DNA of 64,000 nucleotides from Candidatus Dojkabacteria bacterium. GTDB lineage: Bacteria; Patescibacteriota; Dojkabacteria; B142; OLB20. Where the stretch lies: contig CP129475.1 of assembly GCA_030583785.1 (NCBI GenBank), positions 1,042,209-1,106,208 on the forward strand, written 5' to 3'. Positions 29,905 to 38,436 of this stretch are shown here, in pieces. The position numbers and the translations under genes were made by a program. Under the pieces are notes generated by a model. That model had not been told where the DNA came from and did not search any database. It saw nothing but the letters and a program-made list of their open reading frames with translations. The first letter of the stretch is position 1. Every line of letters starts with the position of its first letter.

Positions 29905-32900
29905 TGTCGCAAAAACTAAACAATACAAGTAAATACCCAACCTCTCTGTTAGTTTCGGGAGGCGATGCCTTGGGGATAGAAATTGCCAAATCATTACTAG
30001 AACAGGGTGGATATGTAATTATAATTGACAATATTTCTCAGAGAGCTCAAGAGATTTATTCTCAGCTCGGGAGCTATGAATTATTGACACTTCTAGATTA
30101 TGATTCGATTGCTACTCTGGACGACGACCTGCGAAGGCTTGATTATGTTTTCTATTTTAAACATCAGTCGAGCGATCTGTTTGAGTCGTTATCATCCCAA
30201 GATTTTTTGCAGGCATCCAATTACCTTGATGCAGTTCTAGATCTAACAACAAAATTTGAGGCAAAGTTCTTGCTGACAACCTCGATCAAGGCTCATCAAT
30301 TTGCCATTGAATCAGGAGAGACAAAAAAAACAAATAAATACTCAGATATTGAAATACAAAAGTACAGCGAAGGATTGGTCGAGGAGTATCGAGATCAAGT
30401 TGGTATAGATGCCAGAATAGTTAGGCTCGGTGAACTACTGGGCAAGGGAATGGATATTGCAGCGAATACAAAGCTAGTAAAAATGATGTATCAAGCCATA
30501 AACGGAGAACATCTTACATTACCTGGCGATGGCCTTGAAAGTGATTACTATGTTCATTATCTTGATGCTGCCTACGGCATATTAAAGGCACAATTCTCTA
30601 TGAACACGAGAGCAAAAACATTCTCTTTGGCGAATGACGAAGAAGTCACCTTGCTGTCAATAGCCTATAAACTACTTGAACTAGAGCCTGATGCTAAAGA
30701 GATTATCTTTAACCAAAACGATAATAAACTTCCACCAATCAAGATTTATCATCCTGCCCCGAATCTTAATACCATCGGCTGGAAGCCGAGAGTTAGTCTT
30801 GAACGGGCTCTAGTTCAGTCTTTGGACTACATGCGAATAGAACAAGAAAAAGAGACAAAGGTTCCAGATGCCCCTTCTGGCGATAATCAACCAGAAGCTA
30901 GAATCGAAAAAAAAGGCTTCTTAGAACTAATTCGTGGTTTTTTTTTCGTTCAAACTAAGCAAAGCAAAAATGAGAGCGAAGAAGATCAATCAATAGACGG
31001 GGCTCTGCAACGACTTGTTCAGGAGAGAAAGATGCAAGAAAGAATGCGCAAAGGAAGTATTGTCCTTGCCAATTCCAAAATCCGTCAAAGACTAAAACCA
31101 CAAAAGCAACTTACTACCCTCGAAAGATTTGCAAAACAGTTGAATAAGTCATTTTCTTCACTAAAAAAGCATTTCTATTTTTTAAGAAATATTACTCTCG
31201 GCGATTTTGCACTTATCATTGGGGGTTTAATTGCCTTTTCAATTCTCTATTTTTTGATAGTTTCCCCGATTTTAAGTCTGGGTAGAAATATATATTTCAT
31301 CTCTACAAATTCAGACGGTCTTGTTAATGCCCTTCAGGCTTATGATATCGATTCCGCCACAGAGCGTGCCGAAAACATAAATACTAATCTTGCTGAGGCG
31401 CAACTCCGATTAGCAGACATAAACTTTCTTTTCGGCCTCTTGCAACAAAGGGACGAGTACCTTCAATACCAAACTCTACTTGCAGATGGGAAAGAGTATT
31501 CTGCTGGTTTAATCGATACCTTAAGAGCTCTTCAACCCTTTTCCCAACTAGTTAAAGAGTTTGAGCCAAATGTTGTCTATCGCATTAGTGAAGGAAATTT
31601 ACTCGCCGCAAGTCCTGCTCCTATCATGGCCACTTTAATTGAAGATATTAATAACAATTCTGCGGCAATTCGAATCGGGGTCGCCAGAATGGAGAAAAGT
31701 AAAGAACGATTAATTGCTGGTATCGAGAACTCACCAGATTTTCTTAAGCAGATTATTAAACCTTCGATTATTGATATTAATGGCTATTATCAAAACTTTT
31801 CTTCCTTAGCGACCTCCTATGAGTTTATGCCAAAGCTATTAGGCAGAAATTCTCAAAAAGCATATCTTCTTGTTGTCCAAGATAATGCAAGATATACAGC
31901 TGGAGGTGGTGAAATTGTCGGGTTTATATATTTCCAGGTGAAAGATGGATCTTTAGCGGGAATATCTGCGATTCCTATCTCCAGTAATCTAAATGCAGAT
32001 CTTCCCTTGTCCAGTAAGGCAATTTCCTCAATAAATCTTCTCTCGAACAAAGATGTTAATTCAGAAAATGCATTACTTAGCGATGTGGCACTTATTGGAA
32101 ACACTGATTTGCGATTACAGGCCTTAAAAGAAATATTTATGGCTAATGAAAACAAACCTGTCGATATCATTGCTTCTGTTAATCTTAATCTTCTTGAAGA
32201 GTTTTTAAGATACAGAGGTGCGGTTGAATATCAGCAGGTAAATTTTTCTGATGATAACTTACTGTCAGGTATAAACTTATTAATGGGTTCAACACAAACA
32301 AAGAGTAATAGGGATAATATCATTCTGAACTTGTATTCAAAAACAATTGCTCGAGAGTTTAATAATCTGAGTGACGACTTTCTAAATACAGTTCAGATTG
32401 TTGCTCAAGCAAGAGAATCTGGTGATTTGCACCTTTACTCAGAAGAGATTGATCTAAAAAATTATTTGATAGCTACATCAACTTCTCCTTCTCAGGCATC
32501 AGATAGAATTAGTTTCGGACTAAATTATGATCAAGAGAAAATCCTGATTAATAAATATCCGATTATTAATATATCTGTGATTGTTGATGTAAACAAAGAC
32601 TTAAGTACTAGTAAGCAAATAATAGTATCTGCAGCTGGCACAGAAGGCTTGCAGAATATTTATGTTTGTAATCCTAACGGATCGAAAAACTTCACTTATC
32701 CAGGGGTAGATCCCTTGCTTGTTACAAATACTTTCAGTTCCGACATCTTTTGTACTATCTTCCTAGAAGACGATGATATTCGCTATGAAATGTTCTTTGA
32801 TACTCTGACCTTTGAAAATAGTTCCTCAACAGGTTATAATTACAATCTGGAGTTAGTAAAGAATCCAGGGATAAGCGCAAACTACGACATAGAGTTTCGC

Positions 32901-33020
32901 TTTAATCCTGAACTAGAGGTAAACCCCCAAAGCGTAGACTATTTAGAGCAGGGTGGTTCATTCATTTACTCCGGCGTCCTTAAAGGCGATTTAAGATTTA
33001 GATTTGATATTAAACAATAA
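29904..33020 (+). CDS. 1038-aa bitopic protein of unknown function. It has a degenerate Rossmann/epimerase-like cytoplasmic domain, a single TM near aa 430-455, and a ~580-aa extracytoplasmic domain.
   Basis: N-terminal LLVSGGDALGIEIAKSLLEQGGYVIIID is a GxGxxG-like Rossmann motif. The central hydrophobic helix is FALIIGGLIAFSILYFLIVSPIL. The large C-terminal region has no recognisable motifs. Confidence 0.6.
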   Translation: MSQKLNNTSKYPTSLLVSGGDALGIEIAKSLLEQGGYVIIIDNISQRAQEIYSQLGSYELLTLLDYDSIATLDDDLRRLDYVFYFKHQSSDLFESLSSQDFLQASNYLDAVLDLTTKFEAKFLLTTSIKAHQFAIESGETKKTNKYSDIEIQKYSEGLVEEYRDQVGIDARIVRLGELLGKGMDIAANTKLVKMMYQAINGEHLTLPGDGLESDYYVHYLDAAYGILKAQFSMNTRAKTFSLANDEEVTLLSIAYKLLELEPDAKEIIFNQNDNKLPPIKIYHPAPNLNTIGWKPRVSLERALVQSLDYMRIEQEKETKVPDAPSGDNQPEARIEKKGFLELIRGFFFVQTKQSKNESEEDQSIDGALQRLVQERKMQERMRKGSIVLANSKIRQRLKPQKQLTTLERFAKQLNKSFSSLKKHFYFLRNITLGDFALIIGGLIAFSILYFLIVSPILSLGRNIYFISTNSDGLVNALQAYDIDSATERAENINTNLAEAQLRLADINFLFGLLQQRDEYLQYQTLLADGKEYSAGLIDTLRALQPFSQLVKEFEPNVVYRISEGNLLAASPAPIMATLIEDINNNSAAIRIGVARMEKSKERLIAGIENSPDFLKQIIKPSIIDINGYYQNFSSLATSYEFMPKLLGRNSQKAYLLVVQDNARYTAGGGEIVGFIYFQVKDGSLAGISAIPISSNLNADLPLSSKAISSINLLSNKDVNSENALLSDVALIGNTDLRLQALKEIFMANENKPVDIIASVNLNLLEEFLRYRGAVEYQQVNFSDDNLLSGINLLMGSTQTKSNRDNIILNLYSKTIAREFNNLSDDFLNTVQIVAQARESGDLHLYSEEIDLKNYLIATSTSPSQASDRISFGLNYDQEKILINKYPIINISVIVDVNKDLSTSKQIIVSAAGTEGLQNIYVCNPNGSKNFTYPGVDPLLVTNTFSSDIFCTIFLEDDDIRYEMFFDTLTFENSSSTGYNYNLELVKNPGISANYDIEFRFNPELEVNPQSVDYLEQGGSFIYSGVLKGDLRFRFDIKQ

Positions 33021-33027
33021 ATAAACG

Positions 33028-33492
33028 ATGCAACCAAAATTATTACTTACACAAGAAGGGTTTGATGAGCTAGAAAAAGAGCTAAACGAAAGGATTAGCG
33101 TGACACGCAACAAGATTGCAGATGATATCGATCATGCTAGACAGCAGGGAGATCTTTCTGAAAACGCTGCCTATAAGGCAGCTATGGAGGCTAAGGAATT
33201 CAACGAAAATCGTATTGCTAAAATCGAAGACATGCTAAAGAATGCAGAAATTTCTGTTGCTTCTAAAGGCAAAAAGGTCGATATCGGAAAAACTGTCACT
33301 CTAGTAATTAAGGGGGACAGCAAACCTATAGAATTTCAAATTGTCGGCCACAGCGAAGCTGATCCAGCTCAAAGAAAAATCTCGCCAGAGTCTCCAATTG
33401 GTTCTGCTCTTATGGGTAAAAAAGAAGGAGACAAAGTTTTAGTAGAACTTCCTGCTGGCTCTGTTGAATATCTCATAAAAAAGGTAAACTAG
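33028..33492 (+). CDS. greA: Transcription elongation factor GreA
   Basis: LTQEGFDELEKELNE... coiled-coil plus FKBP-like C-terminal domain. Confidence 0.9.
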   Translation: MQPKLLLTQEGFDELEKELNERISVTRNKIADDIDHARQQGDLSENAAYKAAMEAKEFNENRIAKIEDMLKNAEISVASKGKKVDIGKTVTLVIKGDSKPIEFQIVGHSEADPAQRKISPESPIGSALMGKKEGDKVLVELPAGSVEYLIKKVN

Positions 33493-33519
33493 GATTAGTA
33501 AATAGAGTAACCAATACAA

Positions 33520-34758
33520 ATGGAACGACATTCTGTCCCACAGAACATCATGGATGTTGAATTCAAGTTGTTCGGATCGTTCACTATCAAACAATTTGCT
33601 TATCTTGCAGCAGGCTTCATTGGAGCCTTGGTTGTATTCGTGTCGCCATTTCCTGACTTACTAAAGATGATACTGTTGCCTATGAGCATGATTCTAGGCA
33701 TATTTCTTGGAGTAATAAAAATTAATGGCCAACCATCAAGTGTGTTCTTGAGTAATTTCATAGCAGCTCTTTTCTCATCTCAAACAAGAATTTGGCAAAA
33801 GAGCTCAAAGACACCAGAAATGCTTCAAGAAGCTAGGGCTGCAATTAACCCAAAAGATGTTGAGGTTTTACAAGTTGCTACAAAAACATTAAATCGAAGC
33901 TCTAAACTGATGCCACTGCAGAGTCTAGTTATTGAAGAAGAGAACGAACTAGATAAAGAGGAATCAGATCGTCTTGAACAGATTGAAAAGCATTTCAATT
34001 TTGCCGTTGGAGATCTAGAAAAGGAGACAATGAGAGCTGAAATTGAAACAAAAAAAGTAAGTCCTCCAAAGTTGCCATCTCCTCCAGATACAGCAATAGA
34101 GCAGCCTCCGATTTTTCATATTGATCCCGAAGCCGATAATTTGGCAGGATCTATTGCACATAAAGAATTACAAGGTGAGCCAATTTTAAGAACAAATAAA
34201 TATGCAACCATCTATAAACAGATGCAGTCGCAAACAAATAGACCAATTGTTGAGGAAACTTCACAGCCTAAAGCTGAAGAAATAGTACAAGAACAGTTAC
34301 CAGAGCAGGTACAAGGGCAGGTACAAGAGCAGGTAAAGGAACAAGAAGTTGTAACCGACTCGGTGACTAATGCAGATGCTCAAGTTCAGGCAGAGCCCTC
34401 AGTATCTGTAGAAACCGAGAATAAGGTGGAAAATAAAGAGGCAATTGTGACACAAGTTCAGACAAATATTCCAAGTCCACCACTTATTCCTCAGCACAGA
34501 AAACCAAATATTGTTGCTGGAATTGTTGTTGATAAGAACGACAAGCCTATTGCTCATGCCACCATCGAGTTTAAAGATGAGAGAGAACAACTTCTAAGAA
34601 AGGTCACGACAACAGTAAATGGTACATTTGGATTAAGTACCCCTCTTCCTAACGGAACATACCGGGTTGATATTAATGCTGAAGGCTTTAAGTTTAATCG
34701 TTTTGAGCTTATACTTTCAGGAACGGCATTGCCTAATTATAAATTTAAGGCCAAATAA
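33520..34758 (+). CDS. PrgI/VirB3-like two-TM conjugation/T4SS protein fused to a long low-complexity (Q/E/V-repeat) region and a C-terminal carboxypeptidase-regulatory-like beta-sandwich domain
   Basis: N-terminal VPQNIMDVEFKLFGSFTIKQFAYLAAGFIGALVV...MILLPMSMILGIFLGV matches the PrgI/TcpE/VirB3-like hairpin-TM pattern. A QVQGQVQEQVKEQ repeat follows. The C-terminal domain is IVAGIVVDKNDKPIAHATIEFKDE...VNGTFGL...GTYRVDINAEGF. Confidence 0.5.
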   Translation: MERHSVPQNIMDVEFKLFGSFTIKQFAYLAAGFIGALVVFVSPFPDLLKMILLPMSMILGIFLGVIKINGQPSSVFLSNFIAALFSSQTRIWQKSSKTPEMLQEARAAINPKDVEVLQVATKTLNRSSKLMPLQSLVIEEENELDKEESDRLEQIEKHFNFAVGDLEKETMRAEIETKKVSPPKLPSPPDTAIEQPPIFHIDPEADNLAGSIAHKELQGEPILRTNKYATIYKQMQSQTNRPIVEETSQPKAEEIVQEQLPEQVQGQVQEQVKEQEVVTDSVTNADAQVQAEPSVSVETENKVENKEAIVTQVQTNIPSPPLIPQHRKPNIVAGIVVDKNDKPIAHATIEFKDEREQLLRKVTTTVNGTFGLSTPLPNGTYRVDINAEGFKFNRFELILSGTALPNYKFKAK

Positions 34759-34763
34759 GATAG

Positions 34764-35480
34764 ATGGGACTTTTCACACAATCAACAGTTAGCACACAGG
34801 CTCATCTACCTATCGAAGATGTTAGAGATGACCTAGTTGTATTAAAGAATGGGAATGTATCTTTAGTACTAGAAACAACTGCACTTAACTTTGAACTCCT
34901 TTCAGAAAGAGAACAAGATGCCAAGATCCTATCTTTTGCAGGGTTACTAAATTCTCTTGGTTTCCAAATGCAGATTGTAATTATGACCGAAAGAACAGAC
35001 ATGTCAATATACATTGACAGGCTTAGAGCTTATAGGGAGTCACAAATATCAAATTCGTTGCGAAAACAGATCGATATTTACATGAGGTTCATCAATAATC
35101 TAACTATTAATACAGAGGTTTTAGATAAAAGGTTTTTTGTGATAATTCCAGAAATTGTTGCAGAAGTCCAAAGAACTAGTATGATCAAACAGCTATTTGG
35201 CAAACCTGTCAAGATCACAAATATTAGAAGTATTCTTGATAGAGCCAAAGCTAGGGTCTATCCAAAAAGAGACCATTTGATCAAGCAATTCCAAAAAATG
35301 GGTATTTCAGCGCGGCAATTAAATAACGAAGAATTGATTCGTTTGTACTACTCAATCTACGATCCAGATAAGGCGGGAGTTTCAAAGTTAGAGCTCAATC
35401 CATCAGAGATAACAACAGGAATGGTTGGCGCCCTCAAGACAGAGATAGAAGATAAACAATTATCAGAAGTAAAAAAATAA
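34764..35480 (+). CDS. Hypothetical protein between the VirB3-like and VirB4-like genes. It may be related to the VirB4 N-terminal domain.
   Basis: Tightly packed with its neighbours (6-nt and 1-nt gaps). The motif LVVLKNGNVSLVLETTALNFELLSEREQDAKILSFAGLLNSLGF...QIVIM resembles the early-partition region of TraC/VirB4 proteins. No catalytic motifs are present. Confidence 0.4.
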   Translation: MGLFTQSTVSTQAHLPIEDVRDDLVVLKNGNVSLVLETTALNFELLSEREQDAKILSFAGLLNSLGFQMQIVIMTERTDMSIYIDRLRAYRESQISNSLRKQIDIYMRFINNLTINTEVLDKRFFVIIPEIVAEVQRTSMIKQLFGKPVKITNIRSILDRAKARVYPKRDHLIKQFQKMGISARQLNNEELIRLYYSIYDPDKAGVSKLELNPSEITTGMVGALKTEIEDKQLSEVKK

Positions 35481-35481
35481 G

Positions 35482-37440
35482 ATGGGATTAATTCCTTTTA
35501 TCGGAAAAAAGAAAATACAGAAACCTGAAGTCCAAAACGGAAATTTGGCTCAGTCGACTGCATCTCAAGCAAAAAATCATACAAACTCTGTAAGTGTGCA
35601 AATGCAAGGTCAGCCGATAGCTCAAGAAAATAAAGCTGTACAAATGTTCTCTCAGGGCGTGCTGGATGTAAAGGATATAATTGCACCACCGGCTATTGAA
35701 ATTGACTTTAACCATCTTCTTGTAGGAGGAACTTACTTTCGAACTTTCTTTGCTACCGGATTTCCTAGATGGGTAGGCGCTAATTGGTTAGCACCACTGA
35801 TCAATTTTGAGAAACCTTTAACAATTAGTACATTCTATTATCCTGTGGATTCTGCGTTAATAATGCAAAGGTTAAAAAGAAAGATTGCAGAAATGCAGGC
35901 GACGCTAAATCTTGATATTGAGGCCGGAAAAATTCCTGATCCAAGCGTTAAAGTTGCGCTCAGAGACGCAGAAGATTTGCAGGATCAAATAGCCAGTGGC
36001 AACGAAAAGTTCTTCCACTTCGGCTTGTATGTTACTGCGAGAGCAAAGAATCTTAAAGAGCTTGAAAGAATATCCAGAAATGTAGAGTCAACTCTATCTG
36101 CCATTGGTGTTATTGTGAAAATTGCCTCACTTCAACAAGAAGAAGGGTTCATTACTTCTATGCCGTTAGCAGAAGATCGAATTCATTTGACCAGAAATAT
36201 GGATACGACTTCTCTGGCAACAACATTTCCTTTCGTCTCTTCAGAGCTCAGCATGGATGACGGCATTATGTATGGCGTAAACAAGCACAATAAAAGCCTT
36301 ATTGTCTTTGATCGCTTTCAGATGCCGAATGCAAATATGGTAATCTTTGCTACATCCGGAGCAGGAAAATCATACTTTGTTAAACTCGAGGCGATGCGAA
36401 GCCTTATGCTTGGAACCGATGTCATAATTATTGACCCTGAAAAAGAATACGAAAAGATGACCACCACAATAGGTGGAGAATATATTTCCTTCAGCCAGGA
36501 TGGAGATCAGAAACTTAATCCGTTCGAGTTATCAGGAATGTTTGATAAAGATGAAGACGAACTTCGTTTCAAGATTCTTTTCCTTCAGGGTTTAATAAAG
36601 ATTATGGTTGGTGGAAGTCTTAGCCCGATTGAAACGGCAATCTTAGATAGAGCTTTAATCCTTACCTACAAAGAAAAAGGTATTTCCCCTGATCCGGCAA
36701 CTCAAAGAAGAGAACCACCACTGCTAGAGGATCTTTATAAGGTACTCAATGCGATGGCCGAACCGGAAGCACATAATCTTGCTCAGCGACTTGAAAGGTA
36801 CCTTAAAGGTAGCGCAGCAGGTATCTTTGATAGAAGGTCAAATGTAGAAATCAAAAATACTTTTACGGTATTTAGTATTCGAGATCTGACCGATGAAATG
36901 CGACCTATCGCAATGGCAATGATGCTTGATTATATCTGGACTAGAGTTAAAAAAGATCGTCGACAAAGAATATTGATAATTGACGAGGCATGGTGGATGA
37001 TGCAGTATCCTGATGCTGCAAGATTCGTATATTCTGTTGCCAAAAGAGCTAGAAAATATGCACTTGGGCTTACTACGATCAGTCAGGATGTTGAAGATTT
37101 TCTTGATTCAGATTTTGGAAAAGCAGTAGTAACTAACTCGTCTATTCAAATCCTTCTTAAACAAAGTCCTGCAGCCGTTGATCGAATTAAAGAGGTATTC
37201 TACCTTTCAGATGGAGAGAGAGATTACTTGTTAAGTGCAGGGGTTGGAGAGGGATTATTCTTTGCAGGAAACAATCATGTTGCAATGCAGGTAATTGCCA
37301 GTGAGAACGAACATAATCTTATCACTACAAATCCAAAGGAGTTGCTTAAGAAAGAAGCAGAAGAAAAAGCGCTGGCTGGGCAGGCAGAGAATGCTCAACC
37401 GGCAAGGGCAGACTTAGCTTTAAATAGTAGCGAGCAATAA
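35482..37440 (+). CDS. VirB4/PrgJ/TrsE-family type IV secretion ATPase (Gram-positive conjugation type)
   Basis: Walker A FATSGAGKSY, Walker B RILIIDEAWWMM, and an N-terminal APPAIEIDFNHLLVGGTYFRTFFATGFPRWVGANWL block typical of TrsE/PrgJ/VirB4. Confidence 0.8.
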   Translation: MGLIPFIGKKKIQKPEVQNGNLAQSTASQAKNHTNSVSVQMQGQPIAQENKAVQMFSQGVLDVKDIIAPPAIEIDFNHLLVGGTYFRTFFATGFPRWVGANWLAPLINFEKPLTISTFYYPVDSALIMQRLKRKIAEMQATLNLDIEAGKIPDPSVKVALRDAEDLQDQIASGNEKFFHFGLYVTARAKNLKELERISRNVESTLSAIGVIVKIASLQQEEGFITSMPLAEDRIHLTRNMDTTSLATTFPFVSSELSMDDGIMYGVNKHNKSLIVFDRFQMPNANMVIFATSGAGKSYFVKLEAMRSLMLGTDVIIIDPEKEYEKMTTTIGGEYISFSQDGDQKLNPFELSGMFDKDEDELRFKILFLQGLIKIMVGGSLSPIETAILDRALILTYKEKGISPDPATQRREPPLLEDLYKVLNAMAEPEAHNLAQRLERYLKGSAAGIFDRRSNVEIKNTFTVFSIRDLTDEMRPIAMAMMLDYIWTRVKKDRRQRILIIDEAWWMMQYPDAARFVYSVAKRARKYALGLTTISQDVEDFLDSDFGKAVVTNSSIQILLKQSPAAVDRIKEVFYLSDGERDYLLSAGVGEGLFFAGNNHVAMQVIASENEHNLITTNPKELLKKEAEEKALAGQAENAQPARADLALNSSEQ

Positions 37441-38009
37441 TGGACCAATTATTTCAGCAAGAATTCACTTTTACTCTAACCGGAACCGCTCTTTTAGGAG
37501 TTGTTCTATTTTTTATCGTTGCATCGCTTGCATTGGTAATACTGATTTTCTCTTTGATTCGAAAAATTCAGTTATTGCAAAAACCAAAGTACGGTTTTCT
37601 TGGAAAACCTATCTTCTCTGTGCTTGCACTTGTTGGAATTGCTACCACAATGATCTATTTTAGCTACTCCTTCTCAAATCAACCGGATTTTCAAATCAGT
37701 GCGAATCGAACTGTTAATGCAAGTATAGAATACAGGCAGGTTGGAATTAGTGGCACAAAGAAACTTGTGGAATTTCAAGCAGTTCCAGTCGTAGATAATC
37801 GCGAGTATGGATTAAGCTCTGATCGCTTCGAGATTCTTTGGAGGGTAAATAATGTCGATGGAACAGAAAGAATTGAGTATGAACGAACTAAGAATAACCC
37901 CAGTGCCGTATATATTGAACTTGATCCAGGTTCGTATACAGTAAGTGCTATAATCGTTTTTGAGGGTAAATCATATCAGTTTGTTGAACCGGTTATAATA
38001 AATCCCTAA
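37440..38009 (+). CDS. Small two-TM protein with a beta-rich ectodomain, translationally coupled to the VirB4-like gene
   Basis: Its ATG overlaps the VirB4-like stop. N-terminal hydrophobic helices are followed by a soluble C-terminal domain. Confidence 0.5.
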   Translation: MDQLFQQEFTFTLTGTALLGVVLFFIVASLALVILIFSLIRKIQLLQKPKYGFLGKPIFSVLALVGIATTMIYFSYSFSNQPDFQISANRTVNASIEYRQVGISGTKKLVEFQAVPVVDNREYGLSSDRFEILWRVNNVDGTERIEYERTKNNPSAVYIELDPGSYTVSAIIVFEGKSYQFVEPVIINP

Positions 38010-38026
38010 TTAGCCCAGAAGTGTTA

Positions 38027-38396
38027 TAATTATTGCACCAATTCAGGCAGCTGCGCATTCATTTATGAATGTGAGGAAAGTCCGGACTCCTTCGTTGGCA
38101 ACAGCGAAATGGGCACTGTGGAGACACAGGTGGGCGTGAGCTTACGGAATAAAGGGCAACAGAAAAGATACCGCCTCTTGTTTGAGGTAAGGTTGAAAAG
38201 GTGAGGTAAGAGCTCACCGGTCGACTTGGCAACAAGTCGATGCATTGTAACCCCTGCTCGGAGCAACCTGGCAAATTCAGGGCATCCTTAGGGAACCTTA
38301 GGTAATTACAGAAGCTTAGTAATTTCCGCAGGTAGAGAAATAGCTGTCTAGTTCAAGCAAAGCTTGAATCAAACAGAATCCGGCTTATGAATTGGT
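38027..38396 (+). ncRNA. rnpB: RNase P RNA (bacterial type A)
   Basis: P4 strands GAGGAAAGTCCGGACTCC and ACAGAATCCGGCTTAT are present. GGTAAGGTTGAAAAGGTGAGGTAAGAGCTCACC matches the conserved P10-P12 region. A P1 helix forms by ACCAATTCA/TGAATTGGT. The ORF-track ORFs at 38059-38274 (-) lie inside this RNA and are artifacts. Confidence 0.85.
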
Positions 38397-38403
38397 TAAA
38401 GAA

Positions 38404-38435
38404 AGAACCCGCTTTTAAAGCGGGTTCTTCGTTTT
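38404..38435. terminator. Bidirectional terminator hairpin (AGAACCCGC-loop-GCGGGTTCT + T-run) between rnpB and the convergent yugP-like gene
   Basis: A 9-bp stem with TTCGTTTT downstream and an A-run upstream. Confidence 0.6.
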
Positions 38436-38436
38436 A

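Noticed and set aside
33028-33492. greA as a functional part of the secretion-like cluster
   Set aside because: GreA is a universal transcript-cleavage factor. Its embedding is more simply explained by operon compaction in a reduced genome than by a role in secretion.
38059-38274. Two overlapping minus-strand ORFs (71 and 67 aa)
   Set aside because: They lie entirely inside the RNase P RNA gene (conserved P4/P10-12 sequences on the plus strand). Their peptide composition looks like translated structured RNA.
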